Source: Synechococcus elongatus PCC 6301 (GTDB lineage Bacteria > Cyanobacteriota > Cyanobacteriia > Synechococcales > Synechococcaceae). From it: 32,000 bases of DNA. The translations under genes were made by a program, and so were the position numbers. Below the pieces are notes generated by a model. It was not told where the DNA came from, did no database searches, and saw nothing but the letters and a program-made list of their open reading frames with translations. The number at the start of each line of letters is the position of its first letter. The first letter of the stretch is position 1. Below, one piece after another: positions 8,682 to 19,250 of the stretch. The stretch lies in NCBI RefSeq assembly GCF_000010065.1, contig NC_006576.1:1440001-1472000 (forward strand). The letters are read 5' to 3'.

Positions 8682-8971
8682 GCCAAATCAGGAGCTTGAG
8701 TCGCCAGGTTTTCAGAACGCCGCTTCTCAATAATCTGGAAGAAGATTTGCCGAGCGGCTGCCATCTCCTCATCAGCCAGTTCCGCGAGGAAATTATTGAT
8801 AGCTCGGCGATCGCTCGGATCCTCCTGCTCGCTGCGCGTCAACAAAAAGAGCCAAATAATGTGCCGACCCCAGAGTTCTTCTGTTGGCGTGGCCAGAAGA
8901 CGCGCATCCAGCTCTTCCGCATACTTAGCGGCAATCCAAGCCAGTAGTGCGGGAATGCGATCGCGCTTCAT
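8678..8971 (-). CDS. hypothetical protein
   Basis: 97-aa product from internal Met ('MKRDRIPALLAWIAAKYAEELDARLLATPTEELWG...'); overlaps the cysK end by 4 bp. Confidence 0.6.
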   Translation of the reverse strand: MKRDRIPALLAWIAAKYAEELDARLLATPTEELWGRHIIWLFLLTRSEQEDPSDRRAINNFLAELADEEMAAARQIFFQIIEKRRSENLATQAPDLA

Positions 8972-9954
8972 GTTGTCACCTGCGGCATTTGCAGCCCTTT
9001 TGAGGCCAGCCACTCGGCGTTGAAGAGTCGCGATTGATAGCGGGCACCGCCATCACAAAGTACCGTCACGATCGTGTGGCCCGGCCCCATTTCCTTGGCG
9101 AGGCGATAGGCCGCCGCGACATTGATCCCCACGGAGCCGCCCATGAAGAGGCCATCGCGGTGCAGCAGTTGATAGATGATCTCCAGGGCTTCAGGGTCAG
9201 CAATCTGAATCGCATCGTCGATCGGTACATCTTGCATGTTGGCCGTAATCCGGCTGTTGCCGATGCCTTCGGTGACTGAGCTACCTTCGAGATGAATTTC
9301 GCCGGTTTTGACCCAGCTGTAGAGGCCGCTGCCCATCGGGTCAGCCACAACGCAGCGCACCTTAGAACTTTGCTCTTTCAGGTAGAGTGCAACACCCGCA
9401 TAGGTTCCACCGGTACCCGTTGCCGCCACCCACGCATCAACAGTTCCTTCGGTCTGCTGCCAAATTTCGGGGCCAGTTGTCGCGTAGTGGGCTTGGCGGT
9501 TGGCTAAATTGTCGAATTGGTTCGCCCAAATAGCATTGTCCAGTTCTTCTGCGAGGCGCCCCGAGACTTTGACGTAGTTGTTGGGATCGCGATAGGGCAC
9601 TGCAGGGACAGTTCGCACTTCCGCGCCCAGTGTTCGTAGTAGGTCAATCTTTTCCTGCGATTGCGTCTCAGGAATCACAATCAGGCAGCGGTAGCCCTTG
9701 GCATTGCAGATATGTGCTAGACCGATGCCCGTATTGCCCGCCGTTCCTTCAACAACCGTCCCGCCCGGCCGTAATTTACCCTGCCGCTCGGCGTCTTCAA
9801 TGATGAACAGCGCCGCCCGATCCTTGACCGATCCACCCGGGTTGAGGAACTCGGCTTTGCCGAGAATGTTACAGCCAGTCGCCTCGCTCAGGCTGTTGAG
9901 GCGAATCAGCGGCGTATTCCCGATGGTGTCGATAAAGCCGTTGCGGATATCCAT
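8968..9954 (-). CDS. cysK: cysteine synthase, PLP-dependent; internal start proposed (ORF track to 10134)
   Basis: 'MDIRNGFIDTIGNTPLIRLNSLS...GKAEFLNPGGSVKDRAAL', 'GTGGTYAGVALYLK', 'GSSVTEGIG'. Confidence 0.92.
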   Translation of the reverse strand: MDIRNGFIDTIGNTPLIRLNSLSEATGCNILGKAEFLNPGGSVKDRAALFIIEDAERQGKLRPGGTVVEGTAGNTGIGLAHICNAKGYRCLIVIPETQSQEKIDLLRTLGAEVRTVPAVPYRDPNNYVKVSGRLAEELDNAIWANQFDNLANRQAHYATTGPEIWQQTEGTVDAWVAATGTGGTYAGVALYLKEQSSKVRCVVADPMGSGLYSWVKTGEIHLEGSSVTEGIGNSRITANMQDVPIDDAIQIADPEALEIIYQLLHRDGLFMGGSVGINVAAAYRLAKEMGPGHTIVTVLCDGGARYQSRLFNAEWLASKGLQMPQVTT

Positions 9955-10017
9955 GCGTTTTTCGGTTGGGCAGCCGGGTTTGATCCTACCAACTTGCTTT
10001 GGTTCTCTCACCCTCAA

Positions 10018-10042
10018 TAAAAAAGCCCCAACGAGGGGGCTT
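10018..10042 (-). terminator. rho-independent terminator on the minus strand
   Basis: AAGCCCC (10023-10029) / GGGGCTT (10036-10042) stem with T-tract on the minus strand (poly-A on +). Confidence 0.75.
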
Positions 10043-10130
10043 GGTCTCCTGTCACGATTAGCGAAGTGGATATCTCGCGCCGCCATTGTCTGGAGTTTTG
10101 GGGGATCGATCAGCAAATTTAAGGAACTCT

Positions 10131-10385
10131 TCAATCTTGTCGAGGGCGATCGCCCGAATCTTCCAGCAAAAGTTTTCGAAACTCAACATAGTCGTTGGCC
10201 GGCAGAGCTTCTGTCTGGGTCTTGCTCTTCCCTGTTGTCTGCGGCTTGATCCGCTTCCGACCTTGGAGCAGGTCATCAAACTCCTGCCGTAGTGAAACTT
10301 CAGCTTCTTTGGGGGGCTCTGGTGCAGGAGCCTGCATCTGCTGCTTCAGTTTCTGCAGTTTGGCGCGATCGCGATCGTTCAGCAT
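10131..10385 (-). CDS. hypothetical protein (small, charged)
   Basis: 84-aa product 'MLNDRDRAKLQKLKQQMQAPAPEPPKEAEVSLRQEFDDLLQGRKR...', followed by a terminator. Confidence 0.55.
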   Translation of the reverse strand: MLNDRDRAKLQKLKQQMQAPAPEPPKEAEVSLRQEFDDLLQGRKRIKPQTTGKSKTQTEALPANDYVEFRKLLLEDSGDRPRQD

Positions 10386-10535
10386 CTGAGTCTTCCAGAG
10401 CGGTTCTGTTTTGAGTGTAGAGAAGGGACAGCAGCCCGCGATCGCCACGCTCTACAAACAAGAAAGTGTTGGAGGCCAATCAACCCCCAACACTGAATTC
10501 GGCTCACAGACTGAGTCCTTAGCCCGTCGCCACCC

Positions 10536-12719
10536 CTATTTGATGAACAGCATCTCTTGGTAGGTCGGCAGCGGCCAGAAGCTATCCGCCACTTCAGCCT
10601 CAAGGGCATCTGCGTAGGTGCGAACGTTATCCATCAACGGACGGAGCGTTTTAGCGCAGTACTGCAGATGCTCAACCGTGTCAGAGGATTCATGCTCCAA
10701 GGCTTCACTGAGCTGGGTCGCCGCACCCACCAACGAACTCGTCAGTTCAGCAATTTTTCTGGCGCTTTCCTTCTCGAAATCGATGCCCAAGCCACTGAGG
10801 CTGGCGATGGTTCCCGACAGCTTCGCTAGGTATTCCACTGCCGCTGGATAGATAATCGTTTTGGCAATACTGACGGCGAGCTTCGCTTCCACCTCAATCG
10901 AGAGGATGTATTGCTCGGCGTAGACCTCGAAGCGGCTTTCCAGTTCAACGGGCGTAAGCACACCGGTTTTCTTGAACAGATCCTCGATGTACTCCTCTTT
11001 GAGCACCGGCAGAGCATCAGCCGTTGTCGGCAAGTTAGCCAAGCCCCGTTTCTCGACTGCTTCGCGGTGCCATTCCTCGGAATAACCATTGCCACCGAAG
11101 ATCACGTTGCCGTGTTCTTCCATCACCTCTTTGAGGACAGTGAGGATGGCCGTGTTCAGATCCAAACCTTTGGCGAGTTCGCTCTCGAGCCGATTGCCTA
11201 TCCAGTCGAGCGAGTCCGCCAAGATCGTATTCAAGACGATCAACGGCCCTGAAACCGATTGGCTAGCACCGACAGCACGGAACTCAAAGCGATTGCCCGT
11301 AAAGGCGAAGGGTGAGGTCCGGTTGCGATCGCCTGCATCTTTGGTCAGGTAGGGCAGAACATCTACGCCCAAATCCATGATCCCTTTCTGCTTAGATTCG
11401 GTGACGGTGCCAGTTTTGATCTGCTCAAACACCTCTTCCAGCTGCGTGCCCAAGTAGACCGACATGATCGCCGGCGGAGCTTCGTTCGCACCCAAGCGGT
11501 GATCGTTGCTGGCCGTTGCGATCGCGGCTCGCATCAGCGGCCCATATTTGTGGACACCGCGAATCACAGCGCCACAGAAGACCAAGAACTGAGCATTATC
11601 GTGGGGCGAGTCACCCGGATCGAGTAGGTTGCCTTGGGTTGCGTTGCCAACTGACCAGTTGACGTGTTTGCCCGAGCCATTGATGCCTGCGAAAGGTTTT
11701 TCGTGCAGCAGGCACATAAAACCATGTTTCTTGGCTGTCTGTTTGAGCACCGTCATGATCAGCTGCTGGTGATCGCTAGCCACGTTGGCGGCTTCAAAGA
11801 ACGGCGCAATTTCAAACTGACCTGGAGCCACCTCGTTGTGGCGGGTTTTCGCAGGGATGCCAAGTTTATACAGGGTCTCCTCCACGTCTTGCATGAAGAC
11901 CTGCACCCGCTCGGGGATAGCCCCAAAGTAGTGGTCATCAAATTCCTGGCCTTTGGCCGAGGGACGGCCAAACAGGGTGCGACCGGCAAGGAGCAAATCA
12001 GGACGCTGGGCGGCAAAGTTGGCATCGACCAAGAAATACTCTTGTTCAGCACCACAGCTGGAGTTGACCTGAGAGACTTCAGTGTTGCCCAGTAGGGTCA
12101 AAACCTTACGCGCAGCTTTGTCCATGGCTGCGATCGATCGCAGCAGCGGCACTTTCTTATCAAGGGCTTCACCAGTCCAGGAGACAAAAACGGTCGGGAT
12201 GCAGAGCGTGGAACCATTGTCGGTTTCCATGATGTAGGCCGGGCTGGTCACGTCCCAGCCGGTGTAGCCCCGCGCTTCAAAGGTGTCGCGAATACCACCA
12301 TTGGGGAAGGAGGAGCCGTCCGGTTCCCCTTGTACCAGCACCTTGCCCGAGAACTCAGAAATGACCTTGCCATCGCCCTGAACCGAGATAAAGCCATCGT
12401 GCTTCTCGGCGGTAACGTTGGTCATGGGATAGAAGACGTGGGCGTAGTAGAGCGCCCCTTTCGACATCGCCCAGTCTTTCATGGCTGTGGCAACTGCATC
12501 AGCCACCGATGGATCGAGCTTTTGCCCCGTAACAATGGTGTTCTTGATCGACTTGAAGACAGCTTTAGGGAGCCTTGCCTGCATCTTGCTGAGGTCAAAG
12601 ACGTTCTCTGCCCAGATCGCTTCAAGGGACATCGGAGGCTTAGAAGGTAGCGGCTCCCGATTGGTGATCTGGTGGACAGCGTTAACCCGGGCTGCGTTGC
12701 CGCTCATGGACTTTCCCAA
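10536..12719 (-). CDS. glnN: glutamine synthetase type III
   Basis: 727 aa; GSIII hallmarks '[22 protein letters not shown]', '[10 protein letters not shown]', '[15 protein letters not shown]', '[13 protein letters not shown]', '[12 protein letters not shown]'. Confidence 0.95.
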   Translation of the reverse strand: MGKSMSGNAARVNAVHQITNREPLPSKPPMSLEAIWAENVFDLSKMQARLPKAVFKSIKNTIVTGQKLDPSVADAVATAMKDWAMSKGALYYAHVFYPMTNVTAEKHDGFISVQGDGKVISEFSGKVLVQGEPDGSSFPNGGIRDTFEARGYTGWDVTSPAYIMETDNGSTLCIPTVFVSWTGEALDKKVPLLRSIAAMDKAARKVLTLLGNTEVSQVNSSCGAEQEYFLVDANFAAQRPDLLLAGRTLFGRPSAKGQEFDDHYFGAIPERVQVFMQDVEETLYKLGIPAKTRHNEVAPGQFEIAPFFEAANVASDHQQLIMTVLKQTAKKHGFMCLLHEKPFAGINGSGKHVNWSVGNATQGNLLDPGDSPHDNAQFLVFCGAVIRGVHKYGPLMRAAIATASNDHRLGANEAPPAIMSVYLGTQLEEVFEQIKTGTVTESKQKGIMDLGVDVLPYLTKDAGDRNRTSPFAFTGNRFEFRAVGASQSVSGPLIVLNTILADSLDWIGNRLESELAKGLDLNTAILTVLKEVMEEHGNVIFGGNGYSEEWHREAVEKRGLANLPTTADALPVLKEEYIEDLFKKTGVLTPVELESRFEVYAEQYILSIEVEAKLAVSIAKTIIYPAAVEYLAKLSGTIASLSGLGIDFEKESARKIAELTSSLVGAATQLSEALEHESSDTVEHLQYCAKTLRPLMDNVRTYADALEAEVADSFWPLPTYQEMLFIK

Positions 12720-13134
12720 AAAAGCTAGTCAATTGATCGTACTCAATGGTGACCAGCTCGATCGCTAGAAAAGATACAGAACCAAGGGCCAGATTTTGAT
12801 GAAAAGCCTAAGTTATCGCCTCCTTGCGATCGCACCAAGAATCCTTTGAACCCTAGATTTGAAGCCGACAGTGACAAGGATGGGTTGCAATCAGTCGCAA
12901 GAATTTAAATTCCTTTTGAAGAGAAAATTAGAGGTCATCATCAGCCTTGATTTATAGGGTTTTTAATTACTTATTTTCAGTTCTCAAAAGACTGGAAAAT
13001 GCCAGCACCCTATGAAGGATGCAGAGTCTGCGATCGCAATTGTAATCAGCCAAGCTGGTCAAAGGGCAGATTCAGTCCCTCCCCCAACCAGCAATGGGCT
13101 GTAACTGGGAGACTCTGCTCTGAACTGTCATTGT

Positions 13135-13827
13135 CTAGATGCCACTGGGCGGGGGCGGAGCCTGCAAAATCTGGTCGGTGACAATATTGACAGCTGCATT
13201 ACCAGCTACAGCAGGCTGGCCAACCCGCCGCGAAATTAGCTGGCGAACGCCGCGTTCGCGGAAGTAGACCACTGGATCAGAGCCAAAGGCATCAATTTGG
13301 GCAACCACAAGACGCCCACCCGCCAAGGTTGAGCCAACGCGGACTTGCTGGGAGCCGCCGATGCTGCCAGGGACTTCGACAATTGCAAAGGGCTGACCTG
13401 CCGCAACGAGAACACCAGTAACAGCAATTTGTTCAGCAAACGGGACAGGAGGCAGGGGAATGCCGGCCGGTCCGGTCGAACCACCGCCAGCGCTACCACC
13501 GGGGCCTGAGGTACCGCCGCCTGCGGGCGTGGCGGGTTTGGGAGGCGGCGGTAACTGAACAACTGCAGCAGTTTGCAAGTTTCCAAACGGATCAGTTCGA
13601 CCCGTCACCACTGTTTGCAGACGCTGTTGCGGGGTAATGGCCGGTTGCAATCCGGGGGGTGGCGCTGCAGGCGTGGTGGACACTGGCGGTAAGGCCGGTG
13701 GAGGGACTGGGGGCGCTGGGGGTGTCACAGCGGTGTCGTTGTTTTGACTGCCGCCACAAGCGACCAACAGCAGGGGCAAACTGGCGATCGCCCAACCCTG
13801 TACGCTTCGAAAGTTCATCGTGCTCAC
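13135..13827 (-). CDS. putative lipoprotein with Pro/Gly-rich linker
   Basis: Signal peptide plus lipobox 'LPLLLVACGG'; Pro-rich, then Gly-rich stretches; C-terminal 'VRVGSTLAGGRLVVAQIDAFGSDPVVYFRERGVRQL'. Confidence 0.7.
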   Translation of the reverse strand: MSTMNFRSVQGWAIASLPLLLVACGGSQNNDTAVTPPAPPVPPPALPPVSTTPAAPPPGLQPAITPQQRLQTVVTGRTDPFGNLQTAAVVQLPPPPKPATPAGGGTSGPGGSAGGGSTGPAGIPLPPVPFAEQIAVTGVLVAAGQPFAIVEVPGSIGGSQQVRVGSTLAGGRLVVAQIDAFGSDPVVYFRERGVRQLISRRVGQPAVAGNAAVNIVTDQILQAPPPPSGI

Positions 13828-13942
13828 TCCCTGTTGGAACGGTCTGCGATCGCCCCAGACTCTCTTACTGCTTTATACAAGCTGAAATGCACACTGGCGA
13901 CAAGTTCCAGCCCAAGGAAAGCGTAGGATAACTGCAAACGTT

Positions 13943-14188
13943 TTGCCCCTCAAGCCTGTGCCCAAGGACACCCACGAGCTGCGATTTGAGCTGCACCATC
14001 AGTTGGTGACCCTCTATCGCGACTTTTTCGATCGTCTGGTTGAGGCCGATCTCCGCGATGGCGATGCTGCTCGACTCGCACAGCGAATCCTACTCTCACG
14101 GCAGGAAGCGCTGAAACAACTCGTTGACCCGGAAGAACTGCCTGCCTACGCGCAGCTTTATCCCGATGATCTAGAAGAAGAGGCCTAG
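13943..14188 (+). CDS. hypothetical protein
   Basis: 81-aa ORF with balanced composition, not overlapped by a better candidate. Confidence 0.5.
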   Translation: MPLKPVPKDTHELRFELHHQLVTLYRDFFDRLVEADLRDGDAARLAQRILLSRQEALKQLVDPEELPAYAQLYPDDLEEEA

Positions 14189-14241
14189 AGGCCAGCTTCA
14201 GCAGGATATTGATGCTCGCAACGCTCAGCAGTTAAGGCAAC

Positions 14242-14271
14242 AAAAAAGAGCCGCTCTCTGAGCGACTCTTT
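14242..14271 (-). terminator. rho-independent terminator downstream of tRNA-fMet
   Basis: Minus strand reads AAAGAG-T-CGCTC-AGA-GAGCG-G-CTCTTTTTTG, a long stem plus T-tract. Confidence 0.75.
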
Positions 14272-14274
14272 AGT

Positions 14275-14351
<77 letters not shown>

Positions 14352-14446
14352 CCAGCCAGATTTCTACTATGTCAGAGTTTTCAACCGCTGTCAATCCCTA
14401 AAACCCTACCGATTATTCCAAGTGGGTATCGAACCTTAGCGCTGGC

Positions 14447-15457
14447 TCACAGTAAGGTCAGTTCCCCGTCGACTTCAAGGCGTTTACAAGGGGCAATGAC
14501 CATGAACTGCTCTGCTAAAAGATCCGCGATTGCTGGGCTAATCCAACCGATCTGCCGCAGCGCTTGAATGGCGACTGCAATTTTGGCTCGCTTGGCACCA
14601 TCCTGAACCTTGATCGCCAAGCCCAAGCCTTCACCAACCTGCCCGATGCACTGCACGCCTTCGGCGCCGGTTTTGCTCACCAGGCGGCCCTCCGTCAGGC
14701 GCATCAGTTCCGTATCAAATTCACCCTCTCCGGCAATCAAATCGGGGTGATAGGTCATGGCCCGCTGAATTCGCTCCAGCTCAGGGCTATCACCAGAACT
14801 GAGATGGGCGTAGAGGGTCGCCATCTGCTGCAGCTCCATGGAGACCGTAGGAACCCCGCAGTCATCTCGAGCCACGATGAACTCAGCGGCTGGAATGCCC
14901 AGCAAATCACCCACAATCGAGAGGATGGCTTGCTGCACCGGGTGCGATCGCCGCATGTAGCCTTCTAGCGGCCAGTTCTGCTGCTTAGAAGCTGCCAGCA
15001 TGCCCGCATGCTTGCCTGAGCAGTTGTACTCCAGGGGGCTGCGGCGCCCCACAGGCGTTGGACATTGCAGCGCCGTTTGATCAATATCTGCTTTCCAGAG
15101 GATGTTGAAAGCCTGCCGTGCTTGCTCCACCGAGCCTTTATGCGAGCTGCAAATAATTGCTAGGTCGCGATCGCTCAGCCCAAAGCGCTCCATCGTGCCG
15201 GTCTTGAGCACAACCAAGGCCTGCAGGGGTTTGAGCGCCGAGCGGATGAAGCTGCTGTGTTCGGGATTGCCGGCAATAAACAGGGTGCGGCCCCGGCGAT
15301 CGCAGACGACGGCCTCAACCAAATGGGAGGATTCCAAAATGCCTTCGCGTAGCAGCCGCACCGCGATCGGGGCGGTTTGTACCCGTTTGGTTAAACTCAC
15401 AATCCTGCCCTCAACAGCACAATTAGCAAGGCACTGGCCCCAATAAACGCCACACAA
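14447..15457 (-). CDS. asparaginase II family protein (start uncertain, possibly internal)
   Basis: 'SALKPLQALVVLKTG', 'DLAIICSSHKGSVEQ', 'YNCSGKHAGMLA', 'DDCGVPTVSMELQQMA'. Confidence 0.85.
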   Translation of the reverse strand: MCGVYWGQCLANCAVEGRIVSLTKRVQTAPIAVRLLREGILESSHLVEAVVCDRRGRTLFIAGNPEHSSFIRSALKPLQALVVLKTGTMERFGLSDRDLAIICSSHKGSVEQARQAFNILWKADIDQTALQCPTPVGRRSPLEYNCSGKHAGMLAASKQQNWPLEGYMRRSHPVQQAILSIVGDLLGIPAAEFIVARDDCGVPTVSMELQQMATLYAHLSSGDSPELERIQRAMTYHPDLIAGEGEFDTELMRLTEGRLVSKTGAEGVQCIGQVGEGLGLAIKVQDGAKRAKIAVAIQALRQIGWISPAIADLLAEQFMVIAPCKRLEVDGELTLL

Positions 15458-15909
15458 CTGCCAATCGACTGTCTGAGTCGATCGAGCAGCGGCTGAACCT
15501 CATAGCTGGCCAGCAGGCGATCGCGAGCCAACACTTCCGTGGGTTTCTGCCAAAACTGGCCGTCGTACCAGCCCGACTCTTCGTAGGGCACACTCTCCGC
15601 CGCGAGGCGATCGCGCACATGCCGCCATCCACTGTAGAGCTGAATTTGGGCAAACAGAACCGGCAGTGCCGCGCCGGCGGCCGCGCTCACAATAAACTCC
15701 ACACCAGCCCGCGATGGCCGAAAGCTCGCAGCCGCCACAGGGGCAGCAATCAGCCAGCTCAAGCCCCAGATCCAAAGCAGGGGACGATAGTAGCCCAAAC
15801 CCGGCCGACAGACCCAGCTAAAAAACCAGGAGTCCTGCAGAGTTTGATATTCATTCAAGGGCTGCTGTTCTTCGGGAACAGGACAAACGGATCGCATCGT
15901 TATGCCCAA
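15397..15909 (-). CDS. DUF1230 / CGLD27-like membrane protein
   Basis: 'CPVPEEQQPLNEYQTLQDSWFFSWVCR' signature of the cyanobacterial/plastid family, plus TM segments. Confidence 0.8.
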   Translation of the reverse strand: MGITMRSVCPVPEEQQPLNEYQTLQDSWFFSWVCRPGLGYYRPLLWIWGLSWLIAAPVAAASFRPSRAGVEFIVSAAAGAALPVLFAQIQLYSGWRHVRDRLAAESVPYEESGWYDGQFWQKPTEVLARDRLLASYEVQPLLDRLRQSIGSCVAFIGASALLIVLLRAGL

Positions 15910-15915
15910 GTTTGC

Positions 15916-16335
15916 TTACAGATTCGACGATGACAGGTCGGGAGGGGCCGGTGGCTCGAAGGGCAGCCGCTCCGCATGTCCCCAAAAAGCTTCGAGATCG
16001 TAGAATTCGCGTTCTTGGGGCAGGAAGATATGGACGATCAGATCACCGTAGTCCAGCAGTACCCAACGACCTTCAGCCATCCCTTCGCTACGCAGCGGCA
16101 AACGCTGAAAGTCTTCGCTGAGTTTTTCTTCAATCGATCGCGCGATCGCACGAACTTGCGTGATTGAAAAGCCGCTGCAAATCAGGAAATAATCCGCGAG
16201 ATAGGCCACCTCAGAGACCCGCAGAATCGCGATATCTCCTGCCTTGCGATCGTCTGCTGCCGTTGCTGCTGCCAAGGTCAAAGCCAAGGCCGAATCATCA
16301 ATGAGCGTAGGCAAAGACGGAGAAGCCAAGGTCAT
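15916..16335 (-). CDS. rsfS: ribosome silencing factor (Iojap/RsfS)
   Basis: '[42 protein letters not shown]', '[30 protein letters not shown]'. Confidence 0.93.
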   Translation of the reverse strand: MTLASPSLPTLIDDSALALTLAAATAADDRKAGDIAILRVSEVAYLADYFLICSGFSITQVRAIARSIEEKLSEDFQRLPLRSEGMAEGRWVLLDYGDLIVHIFLPQEREFYDLEAFWGHAERLPFEPPAPPDLSSSNL

Positions 16336-16372
16336 GCGATCGCGGTGAAACCGCTGAGGATAGAATTTAGGC

Positions 16373-17122
16373 CTATTCTAGCCCAGCCCTTTTGTTGCCC
16401 TCAGGGCGGCTGCAGCGCCAAATCTTTTGGGTATCGGCATTGCCGAAATAGAGACAGTCAATCGCCGTAAACCCAGCGGCCCGCGCCCAAGCCTGCATCT
16501 CAGCGTCAGTCTCAGGAAAATCACTCTGGCGAATGTGGGTGTTGATAAACTCCTGCTCAGTCGCCGTCATGGCAGACCATTGGCCTTGCATGAGTTGCTG
16601 GTAGCGATCAAGGTACTGGCCTCGACTTTCATTGGGAAGCCGAAAGACATCTGCAAGCAATAGTTGGCCGCCAGGCTGCAGACATTGCCCAGCGGCTTGC
16701 CAAAAGGCTTGTTTCTGTTTCGCGCTGAGGTGGTGAACCGCGAAGGCGACCAAGATTTGGTCGAAGCGATCACGACAGGATTGCAGATAGTCCAGCAATT
16801 CACTCACCTGCAGCAACACCGGCACCTGGAGCCGGCTGACCTGGGCTTCAGCCAGTTGGAGCGCGACTGCGGAAAGATCGACCCCGCGATAGCTACGAAT
16901 CAAACTGCCTTGCAGCGCAGGCACCGATTGACTGGCATCGCCACAACCCAGTTCCAATAGATCAAAGGGTTCTGTCAGGCTTTGATAGTGCGATCGCAGG
17001 ATGCCGTAAACCTGCTGGTGATCCATGTAGTCGTACTGCAAGATCTTGTCGTAAACCTGCCAGCCCTGACTAAACGTTATTTGGACCGCCGCAAACGAGG
17101 GTTCTGGTTGCATCTCGCTCAT
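16373..17122 (-). CDS. class I SAM-dependent methyltransferase (internal Met start proposed)
   Basis: '[18 protein letters not shown]', '[14 protein letters not shown]', '[19 protein letters not shown]', '[13 protein letters not shown]'. Confidence 0.85.
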   Translation of the reverse strand: MSEMQPEPSFAAVQITFSQGWQVYDKILQYDYMDHQQVYGILRSHYQSLTEPFDLLELGCGDASQSVPALQGSLIRSYRGVDLSAVALQLAEAQVSRLQVPVLLQVSELLDYLQSCRDRFDQILVAFAVHHLSAKQKQAFWQAAGQCLQPGGQLLLADVFRLPNESRGQYLDRYQQLMQGQWSAMTATEQEFINTHIRQSDFPETDAEMQAWARAAGFTAIDCLYFGNADTQKIWRCSRPEGNKRAGLE

Positions 17123-17127
17123 CCGCT

Positions 17128-17478
17128 TCAGTACTCCCGACAGACAAACTTGAGAGCAGCACTTTTGGTGCGGGCGTTCACTGCCTGCCAACGATCGCTC
17201 AGCCCAGTACCACCGTTGAGGGCATAGCTCAGACCTTGATTGGGATCTTGGCAGTCCACCTTCAACTGCACAGTCGCGGGCGGTTGCCCCACTTCAGCCC
17301 AGCGCACAGTCACTTGACGATAGCGACCATTGCCATCGCGTTGGACAGCAGCTTCTACAAAAATCGTTAGATCAGGATTGGTGACAGCAGCAACCCGAAT
17401 CCAGTTCTCAGCCTGAACGGGAGGGATCAGCAGTCCCAGCGAGAGACAACCCAGTAGCCAAGCGACATTGCAGCGCAT
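17128..17478 (-). CDS. hypothetical secreted protein
   Basis: Signal peptide 'MRCNVAWLLGCLSLGLLIPPVQA' and a 116-aa ORF. Confidence 0.65.
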   Translation of the reverse strand: MRCNVAWLLGCLSLGLLIPPVQAENWIRVAAVTNPDLTIFVEAAVQRDGNGRYRQVTVRWAEVGQPPATVQLKVDCQDPNQGLSYALNGGTGLSDRWQAVNARTKSAALKFVCREY

Positions 17479-17576
17479 GATTGCGAATCCTTAGCCTTAT
17501 TCCTGAGATGTTTCTATTCTCGACAGGAAACTTGAAGGATGTCTACCTAGCTGGCCGCTTTGTGAAGTGTCGGGGC

Positions 17577-18188
17577 TTAGACCTCTGCCGGCGGTTCAGG
17601 CGGTTTGACGCCGAGCCGAATCTCAGAATAGAAAGAGCTGCGGCTGAGGCCCGTGCGATCGCGAATCAAGCTAGTCCGCAAGCGCAGGTTGGGATGGGCA
17701 AACCAAAACCGTTCTTCTACCTGCCCATCGGGCTGCTCAGTGGTCAGCGTCAGGCCCCGATGGTCGCCTTCAAACTGGTAGCGCCCCTGCCAGCAGCGAT
17801 CGCCCCGCTGATGTACGAGCCGATCGCCCTCGGCTAGGAACACCAACAGACTCGTGCTGGCTGGCTGTTGGGGGGTTGCCTCCCAACGACTCTGGAGAGC
17901 AGCGATGGCGAGGCCTTGCTCAGCTATCAGAGCTTGGAGTTCTGGTGCATCCGCTGCGAGGAAATCAACGAACAGGGTAGTTTGGTCAGACTGATGCCAG
18001 TCTTGGGTAGCCCCGAGACGATAGCTCGTGCGCTGGGAAAACCACTTGCCCGCACAAGATTCCAAAAATTCAGCCAGGCTCACGGCAGCGCTTGCGACTC
18101 GACCCTTCGAGTCTCCCATCCCAGTTGAGCTTAGGGCAAATGGCAGTCGCTCAAGATGGCTCGTTCCAGTCGTCCGTGTTCTGGACAA
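17577..18188 (-). CDS. CpcS/CpeS-type phycobiliprotein lyase (start may be internal)
   Basis: 'AEFLESCAGKWFSQRTSYRL' and 'ERFWFAHPNLRLRTSLI...SFYSEIRLG' match the S-type lyase family pattern. Confidence 0.8.
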   Translation of the reverse strand: MSRTRTTGTSHLERLPFALSSTGMGDSKGRVASAAVSLAEFLESCAGKWFSQRTSYRLGATQDWHQSDQTTLFVDFLAADAPELQALIAEQGLAIAALQSRWEATPQQPASTSLLVFLAEGDRLVHQRGDRCWQGRYQFEGDHRGLTLTTEQPDGQVEERFWFAHPNLRLRTSLIRDRTGLSRSSFYSEIRLGVKPPEPPAEV

Positions 18189-18221
18189 GGAGCGATCGCA
18201 TTCTGAAGACCCTGGACAAAA

Positions 18222-19157
18222 TTACTCACTCTCAGGTCGGTAGCCCAGCTCTTCCAATTGGCTGCGCGATTGTCGCCACTTGGGCTGGACTTTGACGAAT
18301 AGTTCTAGGTAAATTTTGCCGTCGATCAGCTTCTGCATTTGCTGGCGAGCTTCGCTGCCGATCGCCTTCATCATCGAGCCACCCTTGCCAATCAAGATCG
18401 CTTTCTGAGAGGGGCGTTCCACGCAAATCATGGCAAGGATGCGGGTGATCTTTTCATCCTCTTCAACCCGTTCAATCACCACCGCGACGGAGTGCGGCAC
18501 TTCCTCGCGGGTTTGCAGCAAAATTTGCTCACGAATCAGCTCTGCCATGATGAAGCGCTCGGGCTGATCGGTGATGAGGTCGGGCGGGTAGTAATAGGGC
18601 CCAGGTTCTAGAGCGTGGGTCAGCTGTTCCAGCAAAGCACCTGTTCCTGCACCGGTTGTGGCTGAGAAGGTCTGCAACGGCCAATCGCGATCGCCCGCGA
18701 GTTGCGCATAGCTGGCCGCGATCGCTTCTGCATCTTCTGGTAACTGGCGATCGACCTTGTTTAGGCCAAGAACCGTCGGCACGCCAGCCCGTTGAATCAA
18801 ATCCGCGATAAAAGCATCACCCCGTCCTGCCGGCACACTGCCATCAACAACAAACAGCACGAGGTCCACAATCCGAATCGCACTGCTGGCGTTTTGCACT
18901 AAGACGCTGCCGAGCTGGTGCTGGGGCTTGTGAATGCCGGGGGTATCGACAAAGACAATCTGAACTTGATCCGTCGTCAGCACACCCCGTAGCCGATTGC
19001 GGGTGGTTTGCGCCACTGGCGAGGTAATCGCAATTTTTTGCCCGACCAAGTGGTTCATCAAGGTTGACTTGCCCACATTGGGCCGCCCGATCAGCGCCAC
19101 AAAGCCCGAACGAAAGCCCTCTGGGGCAACCGGAATCGTGGTGAAAAGGTCGGACAT
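18222..19157 (-). CDS. era: GTPase Era
   Basis: 'ALIGRPNVGKSTLMNHLVGQKIAITS', 'VFVDTPGIHK', 'LNKVD', C-terminal KH region 'KAILIGKGGSMMKAIGSEARQQMQ'. Confidence 0.95.
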   Translation of the reverse strand: MSDLFTTIPVAPEGFRSGFVALIGRPNVGKSTLMNHLVGQKIAITSPVAQTTRNRLRGVLTTDQVQIVFVDTPGIHKPQHQLGSVLVQNASSAIRIVDLVLFVVDGSVPAGRGDAFIADLIQRAGVPTVLGLNKVDRQLPEDAEAIAASYAQLAGDRDWPLQTFSATTGAGTGALLEQLTHALEPGPYYYPPDLITDQPERFIMAELIREQILLQTREEVPHSVAVVIERVEEDEKITRILAMICVERPSQKAILIGKGGSMMKAIGSEARQQMQKLIDGKIYLELFVKVQPKWRQSRSQLEELGYRPESE

Positions 19158-19250
19158 GAAGCTCTCAAGGGCAGATCGTAGACCTCAACCCTAGCCGCGA
19201 TCGCCCCACCCTGCCTAGCATGATCGGCAGCGCTGTCCTCATCTACTGCC

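Noticed and set aside
10557-12650. Several 70-143 aa ORFs antisense to glnN (10557..10829, 10911..11252, 11664..12095, 12330..12650)
   Set aside because: Shadow ORFs of a strongly codon-biased 727-aa gene with clear GSIII motifs; no recognisable domain.
12740-12753. Possible NtcA site upstream of glnN
   Set aside because: Only GTA-N8-TGA was found, not GTA-N8-TAC. Nitrogen control of glnN is expected biologically but I cannot support this site from sequence.
17481-17837. 118-aa plus-strand ORF overlapping the CpcS/CpeS-like gene
   Set aside because: Mostly antisense to the conserved lyase C-terminus and of low-quality composition.
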